Counted from the first letter of the stretch, positions 19,026 to 29,111 are shown. The stretch: DNA of 64,000 nt from Patescibacteria group bacterium (GCA_041659045.1 JBAZZB010000001.1:198111-262110); one strand, 5' to 3'. Translations and numbers: made by a program. Notes: generated by a model not told the origin, from the letters alone.

Positions 19026-19812
19026 ACGCGGTATAGAGGGAATCGACGAGCTCGACGGAGGGCAATGTTTCGATCGGGCGCACGCCTTTGCCTTCGAGGA
19101 GGTCGAGATAGACGAGGCGGTGCAAGTTTTCGTACGACAAATTATCCTTCGACGAGAAATTGTAATCCTTGCCGTTCACGACGAAGCGGCGCTGCTGGTT
19201 GGCACGATCTCGATAGATGCCGACCGTCCAGGTGCAGCGGTAGCGCTCGCCTTCGATCACGCCCTTGCCAACCAAGTCGTTTAATTCCGTCGTCGTCACT
19301 TTCGTCGGCGCTCCGAAGATGTGTTGGAGCAGATCGAAATAATGGATGCCGATGTTGTAGAGGGGGCCGCCAGAGCGCCTGTTGTCGCCTTTCCACGTGC
19401 GGAAATATTTCTCGTCGCGATAGACGGAGATATTCATGTCGATCTCGAAGGTACCGCCAGCAGCGACCTGTGCGCGCAGTTCATGCACCATCGGATGATG
19501 ACGCAGCTGCATAACGGTGAACACCTTGTCGAAACCGGCGAGCGATTTGACCGATTCTGCGGAAATGCCGAGAGGCTTCTCACACAAAACAAGCTTGCCG
19601 GCCTCGGCCGCCATGCGCGCCATCGGCACGTGCAGGTCGTTCGGGCCGAGAATCACGATGCAGTCGGTTTTCGGGTTGTCCATCACGCCGGTTTTCCAGC
19701 GGTCTTCGCCGTACGCGGTATTCACCACGTCGATCAATTTTCCACCCAAAGCTTCAATCGCTTCGGCGTGTCGTGGCATGATGAAACCGGTTCCAATGAG
19801 GCTGAAGTTCAT
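19015..19812 (-). CDS. Gfo/Idh/MocA-family NAD(P)-dependent oxidoreductase (WbpB-like sugar 3-dehydrogenase)
   Basis: 265 aa; N-terminal Rossmann [18 protein letters not shown]; first gene of the coupled minus-strand operon. Confidence 0.8.
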   Translation of the reverse strand: MNFSLIGTGFIMPRHAEAIEALGGKLIDVVNTAYGEDRWKTGVMDNPKTDCIVILGPNDLHVPMARMAAEAGKLVLCEKPLGISAESVKSLAGFDKVFTVMQLRHHPMVHELRAQVAAGGTFEIDMNISVYRDEKYFRTWKGDNRRSGGPLYNIGIHYFDLLQHIFGAPTKVTTTELNDLVGKGVIEGERYRCTWTVGIYRDRANQQRRFVVNGKDYNFSSKDNLSYENLHRLVYLDLLEGKGVRPIETLPSVELVDSLYTAYAA

Positions 19813-19820
19813 ACTTCGGC

Positions 19821-19849
19821 ATTATCGGCGCGAAAGGCGGTTTCGTCAA
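19821..19849 (-). promoter_or_regulatory. candidate promoter giving a near-leaderless transcript for the 19812-to-11976 operon
   Basis: Minus strand reads TTGACG (plus 19844-19849), 17-nt spacer, GATAAT (plus 19821-19826), then 8 nt to the ATG at 19812; no SD. Confidence 0.4.
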
Positions 19850-19892
19850 TCAGATCTAGGCAAAAACCGTTTTTTTTGGCAGGATAGGGTTG

Positions 19893-22241
19893 ATGAATAT
19901 CGCCTACGTCGCCAACGTCCGCCTGCCGACTGAGAAGGCGCACGGGCTGCAGATCATGTCTATGTGCCGCGCGTTCGCGAGGAACGGCCACAAGGTGCGG
20001 CTCGTCGTTCCGAAGCGTAAGAACATCCACGATGAATCACCGTGGGCGTTTTACGGTTTCCGTGAGGAGTTCGAAATCGTGCACGTGCCGATCTATGATT
20101 TTATTTCGCATGATCGTGTGCTTGGTCGCGTCGCGTTATGGCTCAACACGCTGCAATTCCTGATTGCTGCGCGCCGCACTGTCCGACGTTTCAAACCGGA
20201 CGTCGTGTATGCCCGCGAAGCGTGGTATGGGAGCTTGGCACCGGAAGTGCCGCATGTTTTTGAAGCGCACGACTTTACCTCGCGCGTGACGCCGTTGCAT
20301 CGCCGTTGGTGGAAGCGCGTTGCGCGTATTGTGACCGTTACGAACGGTCTCAAGAAAGTTTTTGCGGCACAGGGCGTGCCGGAGGAAAAAATGACCGTTG
20401 CTCATGATGGCGTCGACGAAGCGACGTTCGCCGTGCGTGATACAAAAGCGGAAGCGCGCGCTATCCTCGGATTGCCGAGCGAGAGTTTTCTTGCGATCTA
20501 TACCGGACATTTGTACGACTATAAAGGTGCAGACGATTTGTTAGAGGCTGCGGTCTCTGTACCGCAGCACGTCAAAATTCTCTTTGTTGGCGGACGCCCA
20601 AACGACCTCGCGCGTCTGAAAGCGCGAGCAGCCGAACTTCGAACGACGAACGTGCTCTTCGCGGGGCAGGTGCCGCACGCCAAGATCCCGACGTATCTTC
20701 GCGCCGCCGATGTCGCCGTGCTGCCGACGCGCGGAACCGACCGTCACGCGTCGGAGTTTTTGTCGCCGCTCAAATTGTTTGAATATCTGGCGGCCGGCAA
20801 GGCTTTGGTTGCGACCGATCTTCCGTCGGTGCGTGAAGTATTGTCAGGCACGACTGCACTTTTTGTGCCCCCGTCTGACCCCGCGGCCTTGGCAAAAGCT
20901 TTGAGCACGCTCGCAGAGTCACCAGCGCGCGTAGCTTCTTTGGAGCAGGAGAGTTTGCGGCTCGCTGCCACGCATACCTGGACGCGTCGCGCGGAGAGTG
21001 TGCTCGCAGGCCTGAAAGCTTCCAGAGAGGCGCAGCCTTGGTACGCGCGATATCGCGTCGAGTTGCTCTGTGCCGTGCTGGCTTTCGCTCTTCGGTCGCT
21101 GTACGTCGCATACGTCCCCCAACTCAATATTGAAGGCGGCGACGGTACGATTTACCTCAGTCTGTCCGATTACGTGCGCGGCCTTGTCGAGACCGTTCCG
21201 AAAAATGACCTCCGCTTTTTCCCTGTCGGGTATCCGTATTTCTTGGCGGCGATCCGTGGCATTTTTGGCAACGATCTTCTCTGGATCCGTCTTGCGCAGT
21301 CTCTGCTTTCAGCTGCGACTGTCTTCGTTGGCGCACTTGCCGCGCGTCATTGGCTCGGCCGTAAAACCGGACTCCTTGCGGGAGTCCTGCTCGCCACCTA
21401 TTCACCGCTTGTTCTTGAAAGCGGCATTATCTACACCGAGACGCTCTACACATTCCTGCTGACGAGCGCAGTTGTTGTCGCTGTTCTGGCTGTGCAACAC
21501 GAGCGCCTGCGCTACGCCTGTCTTGCTGGTTTTGGTTTTATGTTGGCGGGCCTTACGCGCGAGCTCGGTTTTTATCAAGCGTTGTTGTTTGGTGGCTGGG
21601 CGCTTCTTTCACGGCGTTCGTGGAAGCTCGCGGCGCTGCTCGTGATCCCTACACTTCTCGCGTTTGGTGGGTTGTCTTTGCGAAATACGGCTATTGCCGA
21701 AAAGCACGCGCTGCGCGAGCAGCCGCTCGTTTCGAAAAACTACGAGCAAGCGCTTTTTGAGCCGACGCTCCTCGAGTTCTTGTTCTCGCCGTCACGCTGG
21801 CATTTCTACGTCGAAGGCACGTATCTGTATTGGCGCTTTCCACATCGTTTGGGCGACGTTGGAGCAGGGGAGCCGGTCGAGGATAAAACGAATCCTGATG
21901 GCGATGTCGTGTACCACCTGAATCCCAAGGCTGGATATTTCATGGCGGTGCAACCCATGCGCCAGGTGATCGTCAAATGGCTCTTGGTGCTCACGCACTG
22001 GTTTGTCCTGTTTCTTGCCGCCTATGGTTTCTGGCGTGGGAAGTTCTCGCGAGAAGTGAAAATTGGTTTCGCGCTCGCGATCCTCTTCGCTTTCGGCACG
22101 ATCATGCTCGGCGGCATGCATCGTTTGCAAGCCTTCGAGGGGTTCGAACCGCTCGCGCGCTATCGATTCCCAACCGAGCCGCTTATTCTTCTTCTCGCTG
22201 TCGCCGGCGCACAGGCGCTCGAGCTTCGCCGCAAGCGCTGA
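19893..22241 (+). CDS. fusion of GT4 glycosyltransferase and polytopic GT-C-like (PMT/ArnT-like) membrane domain
   Basis: N-terminal approx. 370 aa GT4 (MMNIAYVANVRLPTEKAHGLQ...) then approx. 400 aa with 10 or more TM helices; the track ORF starts with TTG at 19890, ATG at 19893. Confidence 0.65.
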   Translation: MNIAYVANVRLPTEKAHGLQIMSMCRAFARNGHKVRLVVPKRKNIHDESPWAFYGFREEFEIVHVPIYDFISHDRVLGRVALWLNTLQFLIAARRTVRRFKPDVVYAREAWYGSLAPEVPHVFEAHDFTSRVTPLHRRWWKRVARIVTVTNGLKKVFAAQGVPEEKMTVAHDGVDEATFAVRDTKAEARAILGLPSESFLAIYTGHLYDYKGADDLLEAAVSVPQHVKILFVGGRPNDLARLKARAAELRTTNVLFAGQVPHAKIPTYLRAADVAVLPTRGTDRHASEFLSPLKLFEYLAAGKALVATDLPSVREVLSGTTALFVPPSDPAALAKALSTLAESPARVASLEQESLRLAATHTWTRRAESVLAGLKASREAQPWYARYRVELLCAVLAFALRSLYVAYVPQLNIEGGDGTIYLSLSDYVRGLVETVPKNDLRFFPVGYPYFLAAIRGIFGNDLLWIRLAQSLLSAATVFVGALAARHWLGRKTGLLAGVLLATYSPLVLESGIIYTETLYTFLLTSAVVVAVLAVQHERLRYACLAGFGFMLAGLTRELGFYQALLFGGWALLSRRSWKLAALLVIPTLLAFGGLSLRNTAIAEKHALREQPLVSKNYEQALFEPTLLEFLFSPSRWHFYVEGTYLYWRFPHRLGDVGAGEPVEDKTNPDGDVVYHLNPKAGYFMAVQPMRQVIVKWLLVLTHWFVLFLAAYGFWRGKFSREVKIGFALAILFAFGTIMLGGMHRLQAFEGFEPLARYRFPTEPLILLLAVAGAQALELRRKR

Positions 22242-22242
22242 T

Positions 22243-23052
22243 ATGGATTCTTCAGAGATCAAAGGTTTCTACGAAACGTACGGCGATCGCATTGTCGAGA
22301 AGCGTCTCAATTCGCCGTACCCGCTCCGGAGGTACGCGCACCGCATGGGCTACGAAACAATTGCAAAGTTCGTGCAACCAGGCGAAACGGTTCTCGATGC
22401 CGGTTGCGGTGAAGGCGTGCTCTCGTGGTACTTGGCTGAGCGCGGCGCGAAGGTGACGGCAATGGATATTTCCAAACCCAACGTCGAGAACGCACGAAAA
22501 TTTTTGGAAAAGAAGGGTGTGCAGGATCGCGTGACGGTTTTGCTTGGAGACGCCGAGAACTTGCCGTTTCCGGACGCGAGCTTTGATTGGGTGATTTCTT
22601 CGCATGTCCTCGAGCACCTTCCTGATTTCGACAAAGGTCTTTCAGAGATTCGTCGCGTCACGAAGAAGAAGGCGATCGTCGCGCTTCCGACCTGTCTGAA
22701 CCTGTCAGGCGCATCTCAACTTGGTGGTGCGGATTTCTGGAAACCATCACTGCGCATGTTCAAGGCGCTGCCGCTCGGTCTGCTGCGTATCCTTGCGAAT
22801 CTCGGACGTGAAGGTGTTCAAGAAGGGTATGCCGGCATCGGCGATCTCCCACATATCTGGAGATATCCGTGGGTCATGCGACGCCGCTTGGAGCGCGGCG
22901 GTTTTCGCGTGGTACGTTTCGAGGCCGGTACGCTTGTGACGCCCTATTTCAACTTCCTTCTGCCGCTCGTGAAGATGCTCGATAAAGGAAAACACCTGCC
23001 GATCCTGCGCGATTTTGGTTACGGCTCGGTCGCGGTACTTGAAAAACGCTGA
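22243..23052 (+). CDS. class I SAM-dependent methyltransferase
   Basis: ATG at 22243, 2 nt after the upstream stop; motif I VLDAGCGEGVLS, motif post-I AKVTAMDIS. Confidence 0.7.
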   Translation: MDSSEIKGFYETYGDRIVEKRLNSPYPLRRYAHRMGYETIAKFVQPGETVLDAGCGEGVLSWYLAERGAKVTAMDISKPNVENARKFLEKKGVQDRVTVLLGDAENLPFPDASFDWVISSHVLEHLPDFDKGLSEIRRVTKKKAIVALPTCLNLSGASQLGGADFWKPSLRMFKALPLGLLRILANLGREGVQEGYAGIGDLPHIWRYPWVMRRRLERGGFRVVRFEAGTLVTPYFNFLLPLVKMLDKGKHLPILRDFGYGSVAVLEKR

Positions 23053-23059
23053 TACACGT

Positions 23060-23998
23060 ATGCCTCAACTTGATTCGAAGATGTCTTCACCGGATTTCGT
23101 ACGCGCCGTGAACTTGGCGTATCACGAAGAAGAAGCCGCGAACTACGACAGCCGACACCCAGAGATTTTTACGGACGAACTTGGTCACTGGAGCCGCATC
23201 GCCGAAAGGATCGGGGCGCTCAAGTCAGAGCTCAAGCGACCAATCAAGGTTGTTGATCTTGGAAGCGGTACGGGATTTGTGCCGCTGCGTTTGAAATCCG
23301 TGCTCGATCAGCAGGATGAAATCGTCCTGACGGATTTGAGTCCGACCATGCTTGATCGCGCGCGAGAGTCCTTGGCGGCCGCGGGCTTTGCGCCGCGCGT
23401 GTCGTATCTCGTGTCGGGAGCGGAATCACTCGAACTCGCGCCGGAATCCGTGGATGTCGTGACGATGAATTCGTTCATCCATCATATTCCGGAGACGAAT
23501 CGCATTTTTGCGAGCGTTCGTCGGATGCTGCGCCCGGGCGGCATTGTCGTCGTCGCGCACGAGCCGAATCTTCTTCACTTTAAGCATCCTGTCATCGGTG
23601 GACTCGACCGGCTCATTCGCCTTTTGCGGAAAGCACGGTCGAAGAAAAAGAGCGGTGCTCCTTCGGCAAGTCCGTTCATCGATCGCGTGAACGCTCGGTT
23701 GCTAGAAAACGGCACAATCGAAAATTCGCTTTCAACGGAAAAAATTGAATCGATCGTGGACATTCATTCTCCGACGGCGGGGCGGTCTGTCGACGCCGCG
23801 CGCGGTTTTGATCCGCGAGAGATCGCGAGACAGCGCTTCTCTGGGTACGCGGTGCTGGATTTGCAGACCTACCGACACTTCGGAAAACTGGATGTCGCCA
23901 AACGCCCGCGTCTTGCTCAAGCACAGCATCTGCTTGAAAAACTTTGGCCGCTTGCTGGCGCCATGTTCTTGCTCATCGTACAAAAACCGCGGGCCTGA
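23060..23998 (+). CDS. class I SAM-dependent methyltransferase
   Basis: Motif I VVDLGSGTGFVPL, acidic post-I LTDLSP; start chosen at MPQLDS; alternatives at 23015 and 23081. Confidence 0.6.
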   Translation: MPQLDSKMSSPDFVRAVNLAYHEEEAANYDSRHPEIFTDELGHWSRIAERIGALKSELKRPIKVVDLGSGTGFVPLRLKSVLDQQDEIVLTDLSPTMLDRARESLAAAGFAPRVSYLVSGAESLELAPESVDVVTMNSFIHHIPETNRIFASVRRMLRPGGIVVVAHEPNLLHFKHPVIGGLDRLIRLLRKARSKKKSGAPSASPFIDRVNARLLENGTIENSLSTEKIESIVDIHSPTAGRSVDAARGFDPREIARQRFSGYAVLDLQTYRHFGKLDVAKRPRLAQAQHLLEKLWPLAGAMFLLIVQKPRA

Positions 23999-24007
23999 GG
24001 CTGCGTC

Positions 24008-25324
24008 TCAACGCCCTTTTCGTTTCAAGACGCTGTAGATCGTTTTCAGTACGATCGCGACGTCGAGCGCGAGTGAGCGATGCTTCAAATAGTAGAGATC
24101 GTGGCGAAGTTTCATGAGGTGATCATCATGCGTGGCGGCGTACGGGGCTGAAACCTGGGCCCAACCGGTCAGCCCGGGGCGCACAAGATGTCGTACAGGA
24201 AAAAGTGGAATTGTTTTCGCCAGCTCGTCTTCAATTTCCGGGCGCTCCGGACGCGGTCCGACAAAACTCATTTCGCCGCGCAGAATGTTCCATATCTGGG
24301 GAAGTTCATCGAGGCGAGTGGCGCGCAAGAATCGTCCAAGGCGCGTGACGCGTGGGTCGTGTTCTTGTGCGAAAGCGGCACCATTTTTTTCGGCGTCGAT
24401 GCGCATCGTGCGAAACTTCACGATCGAGAAGGGTCTGCCGCCTTTTCCAACGCGCGTTTGGCGGTACAGAATCGGTCCGCGATCCTCGATCCAGATCGCG
24501 GCGGCAATCACGGGGGAGAGAAGAAGCGTCGGCACGGCGAAAAGAACGCCGCACAGAATGTCGCCGAGATGCTTGACGTGCTCGTAGATCGAGTCGTCTT
24601 GATTGGCGAGATTGTCGATGATCCATCGTTCATCAAGCGCGGACTCTGGTACCGAATGGCGGATTTTTTCGTAAAAGTTGGGAAGATCGACGATGGTGAT
24701 CGCTTGGAAAAATTTCCGATACAAACGCGCCGTTAAGTCGGTGCGGCCTTGCATCGTCCGAGCCACAACGATCACGTCACTGGCAGGGAGCGTGCTTCCC
24801 GTCATCTCTGGCACGATGCCGACGGACGTGTAACCCAGGTGCGGGTTGCTTTGGAGAATATGATTGAGCGTTCGCGACTCCTCATCATCGCCGAGGAACA
24901 GCACGCGCAAGTGGAAGCGCGCCTGCGAGAAGAGGTGCATGGTGAACATTCTCCAGCTCAAAAAGAGAATGGCAAAGACGCCGAGCACGATGACAAGATT
25001 TGTTTTTGGTGTGATGCCGACGCCCGGCGTGAAGTAGAAGACGGCCATCGAAACGAGAAAGGCGGCAACAAGCGCTTCTGCCGCGCGGCCGAGTAATTCG
25101 ATACGGCTGCGCAGGGCGTCAAAGTCGTACAGGCCGACGATATAGAAAATCGCGAGCCACAACAGGAAGACGATCGTGAAGGGTTGCACGTGATTCGGCC
25201 ACTCTAGGGTGAGCGCGGTGCTCCCGTAGCGCAACGAGAGGGTCAGAAGTAATGCCGAAAAGGCTGCAAGCAAGTCGCCTGCAGCAAGGAGCGTCAATTT
25301 AAATCGGCGTGGATCGCCGTTCAT
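24008..25324 (-). CDS. polyprenyl-phosphate sugar-1-phosphate transferase (WbaP/CpsE bacterial sugar transferase family)
   Basis: 438 aa; N-terminal TM helices; conserved C-terminal catalytic region ...RPGLTGWAQV... characteristic of the family. Confidence 0.8.
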   Translation of the reverse strand: MNGDPRRFKLTLLAAGDLLAAFSALLLTLSLRYGSTALTLEWPNHVQPFTIVFLLWLAIFYIVGLYDFDALRSRIELLGRAAEALVAAFLVSMAVFYFTPGVGITPKTNLVIVLGVFAILFLSWRMFTMHLFSQARFHLRVLFLGDDEESRTLNHILQSNPHLGYTSVGIVPEMTGSTLPASDVIVVARTMQGRTDLTARLYRKFFQAITIVDLPNFYEKIRHSVPESALDERWIIDNLANQDDSIYEHVKHLGDILCGVLFAVPTLLLSPVIAAAIWIEDRGPILYRQTRVGKGGRPFSIVKFRTMRIDAEKNGAAFAQEHDPRVTRLGRFLRATRLDELPQIWNILRGEMSFVGPRPERPEIEDELAKTIPLFPVRHLVRPGLTGWAQVSAPYAATHDDHLMKLRHDLYYLKHRSLALDVAIVLKTIYSVLKRKGR

Positions 25325-25396
25325 AGCGACTCTAGGATAGCCTTTTCAGGCTTGAAAAGCAAGGTTGTAGGGAGTACGCTTTCGGAGATACCGCGC

Positions 25397-26476
25397 ATGA
25401 AAGTCGCATTTCTCACAACGACGCTGGAAGAAACGATCGGCTGGGGTCGTTACGCCGCCGGTTTTTTGGCGGAAGCGCGTCGCCGCAATGGCAGAGAAAA
25501 CGTTGTCGCGCCTAATCCAGCGCGCTTGCGTTCATCGGAGATTCGTTGGAAGCAGCCGTTTCTCGCACTCCTCGACGCCCTTGTCCTGCAAGAGGAAGTG
25601 AAAAGCTGTGACGTTATTCATGCGGCGACGGAGCCTGTGGCACCGCTCGCGATGATGTTGTCGTTTTGGACGGGGAAACCCTACGTCCTCTCGGCGCACG
25701 GCACGTATTCGGACGCCATGACGTATCCTTGGTACTTGCGCTGGCTGTACACGCTTTCTTTCCGCAGGGCCTCGCGGATTCTCGCGGTGAGTCGGTACAC
25801 GGCTGAGGTTGTCTCGCGTACCTTTAAGGCTCAGGCTGTCGAAATCGTTCATGGTGGTTTTTCGATCGTCCCACGAAGTCTTGAGAAGAGAGCTCTCAGC
25901 GCTGATCACCGCGTGTTGTCCGTGGGCGCCATCAAGTCGCGTAAAGGTTTTCATACGTTGGTTGAAGCTTTCGGTCTCCTGAAGCGAAAAGATTTTACGT
26001 TCAAAGCCGAGTGCGTGGGTCCGAAAGATTCTTCGTCCTATGTTGAGCGTCTTGAAAAACGCGTGCGTGAACTCGGGCTTGAAGAGCGGGTCGTGTTCCA
26101 TGGGCGTGTGTCTGAAGAAGCGCTGCAACGCTTCTATGCTGATACCGACCTTTTCGTACTGCCTTCTGAACACAGCGGCACCGCTTTCGAAGGACTCGGT
26201 CTCGTGTACCTCGAAGCGATGGCGCAAGGCGTACCCGTCATTGGTTGCCTTGATTCGGGCGCGGAGGACGTCGTGCGCGACGGAGTGAATGGCAGGCTGG
26301 TTACGCCTGGTGATGCCGAGGCTCTGGCCGCCGCGATCAAAGAAATTTTTGATGATCCTGTCGCCTGGGAAAAAATGGCAACGGCCGCTCCTGAAAGCAT
26401 CGAACGCTTTCGTTGGGAGAATGTGGGTGCCGACATGGACGCTGCTTACAAAACCGTCGTGAATGAGCGCTCATGA
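25397..26476 (+). CDS. glycosyltransferase, family GT4
   Basis: Start at MKVAFLTT; C-terminal EHSGTAFEGLGLVYLEAMAQGVPVIGCLDSGAEDVVRDGVNGRLVTPGD E-x7-E motif. Confidence 0.75.
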   Translation: MKVAFLTTTLEETIGWGRYAAGFLAEARRRNGRENVVAPNPARLRSSEIRWKQPFLALLDALVLQEEVKSCDVIHAATEPVAPLAMMLSFWTGKPYVLSAHGTYSDAMTYPWYLRWLYTLSFRRASRILAVSRYTAEVVSRTFKAQAVEIVHGGFSIVPRSLEKRALSADHRVLSVGAIKSRKGFHTLVEAFGLLKRKDFTFKAECVGPKDSSSYVERLEKRVRELGLEERVVFHGRVSEEALQRFYADTDLFVLPSEHSGTAFEGLGLVYLEAMAQGVPVIGCLDSGAEDVVRDGVNGRLVTPGDAEALAAAIKEIFDDPVAWEKMATAAPESIERFRWENVGADMDAAYKTVVNERS

Positions 26477-27555
26477 AACGTGTGCTTTGGTTTGGATTTT
26501 ACGATCATTCTTTTCCGCGCACGCGCGTATTGATTGCCGAGTTGCGCAAGCGTGGAATCGCGGTCGATGAATGCCGTGTTGATCCGAAACGCTCACGCCG
26601 GAAATTTTCCGAGATTCTCGCGCTTAGCAAATCATATCGCGGCGTGTCCTATGACGCGGTTGTCGTGGGGTACCCGGGCGCGAACGTCGTTTGGCTCGCG
26701 AAACTCCTGTTCCGTGCGCCGGTGGTATATGACGCTGGCTTCTCCGTGTATCAGTCGGAGGTTGAGGAGCGCAAAACATGTAAGCCGCATAGCCTACGTG
26801 CAGCGCTCTTGTATGCAATGGAGTGGGTGACAATCCGTTTGGCGGACGCGGTCGTACTCGACACGCGGGCGCACGTGCGGTATTTCTGCGACCTGTTTCG
26901 CGTGTCCGAGAAAAAATTTCTTCTTGTACCGGTTGGAGCCGACGCCGAACTATTCACGCCGTCCTCGGAAGCGTCTCCTTCCGACGGTGTTTTCACGGTG
27001 CTGTTTTACGGATCGTTTATTCCGTTACATGGCGTTGATACCATTTTGGATGCGGCAACGCGGCTTCTTCCGCGCAAAGATGTTCGTTTTCGTTTGATTG
27101 GCAACGGTCAAACCGCCGAACGCATGCGACGCTTGGCTGATGAGCGCGCGTTGACCAACGTTGTGTTCGTCGGTAGTCTTCCACAGACATCCAAGGATAG
27201 CGCGAGCGTGCTCGGAGAAATTCGGAAAGCGGACGTGCTCCTGGGAATTTTCGGCAGCGGACGCAAGGCGCAGATGCAGGTTCCTCTCAAAGTGTTTGAA
27301 GCCATAGCCTGCGGCAAACCGGTCATCACGGCTGATACGCCCGCCGTGCGCGAGCTCTTGTTGCCTGGCCAAGACGTATGTACCGTGCCGGCGTCTGATG
27401 GAGCGGCACTGGCTGCAGCGATCTTGCGTCTAAAGGAAGACGCGGCGTTACGCGTTTCGCTTGCGGCGCATGGTCGCGCGACGTTTGAAAAACGGTTCCA
27501 GCCGGAACACCTTTGCGACAGCTTTCTTTCTGAAATGACACGTCATTTATTCTGA
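26473..27555 (+). CDS. glycosyltransferase (GT-B, GT4-like)
   Basis: 360 aa; start overlaps the upstream stop (ATGA); C-terminal donor-binding region FEAIACGKPVITADTPAVRELL. Confidence 0.6.
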   Translation: MKRVLWFGFYDHSFPRTRVLIAELRKRGIAVDECRVDPKRSRRKFSEILALSKSYRGVSYDAVVVGYPGANVVWLAKLLFRAPVVYDAGFSVYQSEVEERKTCKPHSLRAALLYAMEWVTIRLADAVVLDTRAHVRYFCDLFRVSEKKFLLVPVGADAELFTPSSEASPSDGVFTVLFYGSFIPLHGVDTILDAATRLLPRKDVRFRLIGNGQTAERMRRLADERALTNVVFVGSLPQTSKDSASVLGEIRKADVLLGIFGSGRKAQMQVPLKVFEAIACGKPVITADTPAVRELLLPGQDVCTVPASDGAALAAAILRLKEDAALRVSLAAHGRATFEKRFQPEHLCDSFLSEMTRHLF

Positions 27556-27556
27556 T

Positions 27557-29071
27557 ATGTGCAGCATCGCTGGCTTGGTCGGAGTGACCGGCATCGAAAA
27601 AATGATCAAGGTGCAGGCGCATCGCGCGCCGGACGAAAGCGGTGTCTTTAAAGACGGACCGCTTGAACTTGGCATGGGGCGTTTGAAAATTCTCGATCTC
27701 ACCTCGGGCGGTCTCGCGCCGTATGAGGAGGATCATTTTGTCATTGTCTACAACGGTGAAATTTACAACTACGTCGAGTTGCGTAAGGAATTGAAAAGAC
27801 TCGGTTGGATTTTCCGCACGACCGGCGACACGGAGGTGTTGCTCAAGGCTTGGCGCGAGTGGGGGATGAACATGTTTGATCGCTTGAACGGCATGTTCGC
27901 CTTCGCGATTTACGACAAGCGTCGCAAGAAGCTGGTCTTGGCGCGAGATATTGCTGGTGAAAAACCTTTGTATTTTTATCGCAAAGGCCGAGCGTTCGGA
28001 TTCGCTTCCGAGGCCAAGGCACTTCACAAGGTGCTGCCGCTCAAGGAACGCGATGACGAGCATTTTCACGTATTTCAGCACATTCATCACAAGACGCTCT
28101 GGGAGCATGTCGAGGTGCTGCCACCTGCGCACGTTGCCGTTTTCGATATCGCGACGCGCGAGCTGCGCGTCAAACCGTATTGGACGTTCAAGCCACGCGA
28201 AATCAAATTAAAAACCGCTCCCGAGGAACTTGAAGCGCTGCTTGAACATGCGGTAAAAATCCGCACGCGCAGCGATGTTCCTTATGGTTTGTATTATTCG
28301 AAAGGCATCGATTCGTCCTTGATCGCTAGTTTGTATCCTTTCAAACACAAATTCTATTTCGACGACACGAAGGATTGGAAGCAAGATTTTTACGCCAAGA
28401 TCGACAAGATCGCCTGGCACCTCGATTTCCCGGTCGGCTCGCTGTCGTCGTATCCGCTCTGGAAACTCGCCGAGCGCGCCACGAAAAAAGTGCGCGTCGT
28501 GCTTTCGGGCGAAGGCGCGGATGAAATTTTCGGCGGCTACATTCGCTACATGCCGCTCGCGCGCGAATGGGAGATGCGTCAGCGCTATCCTTCGTACACC
28601 TACCTCTTCAATAAATATTACCCGGCCTACCTCGACGGCTTCGCACGCATCACGGCGCGTAAAGATTCGCTCGAGTTGGTGCGCGAGACGATTCGTCCGT
28701 ATTTCGAAATGTTCGAGGACCCGGTCAACGCCATGGGTTTTGCCGATTTCAAATTGGTGATGCCGAGCCTGCTCCAGATGGGTGACCGCATGGCCTCGGC
28801 GCACAGTCTCGAGAACCGCTGCCCGTTCCTCGACCGACGCGTCATCGAATTTGGTTTCAGTCTGCCTTCGGAATTGAAAATCGCCGGTCTTGATCAGAAA
28901 GTCGTTTTGCGAAAAATTCTCGCGAAGCGCGGCTTGTGGGTACCGCTTCGTAACGAGAAGAAGGGTCTGACGATCAAATTCAATACCTGGTTCGGCAAGA
29001 AGGATTGGGATCGCGGCGCCTATTTCAATCTCTTGATCGAACGCTGGCGCAAGGCATTTAGCCGAGGTTGA
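27557..29071 (+). CDS. asparagine-synthetase-family glutamine amidotransferase (WbpG/AsnB-like)
   Basis: 504 aa; N-terminal MCSIAGLVG (Ntn Cys2 glutaminase); class II GATase then synthetase domain; the PP-loop reads SKGIDS instead of the canonical SGGLDS. Confidence 0.75.
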   Translation: MCSIAGLVGVTGIEKMIKVQAHRAPDESGVFKDGPLELGMGRLKILDLTSGGLAPYEEDHFVIVYNGEIYNYVELRKELKRLGWIFRTTGDTEVLLKAWREWGMNMFDRLNGMFAFAIYDKRRKKLVLARDIAGEKPLYFYRKGRAFGFASEAKALHKVLPLKERDDEHFHVFQHIHHKTLWEHVEVLPPAHVAVFDIATRELRVKPYWTFKPREIKLKTAPEELEALLEHAVKIRTRSDVPYGLYYSKGIDSSLIASLYPFKHKFYFDDTKDWKQDFYAKIDKIAWHLDFPVGSLSSYPLWKLAERATKKVRVVLSGEGADEIFGGYIRYMPLAREWEMRQRYPSYTYLFNKYYPAYLDGFARITARKDSLELVRETIRPYFEMFEDPVNAMGFADFKLVMPSLLQMGDRMASAHSLENRCPFLDRRVIEFGFSLPSELKIAGLDQKVVLRKILAKRGLWVPLRNEKKGLTIKFNTWFGKKDWDRGAYFNLLIERWRKAFSRG

Positions 29072-29111
29072 CACCGGACGTTTTTTCGGAGAGGATCGGC
29101 GCGGAGGAATC

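Noticed and set aside
22063-22242. Upstream extension of the methyltransferase ORF in the track (MVSRSRSS...)
   Set aside because: The extension overlaps the 3' end of the preceding GT gene and is Ser/Arg-rich junk. The ATG at 22243 immediately follows the upstream stop.
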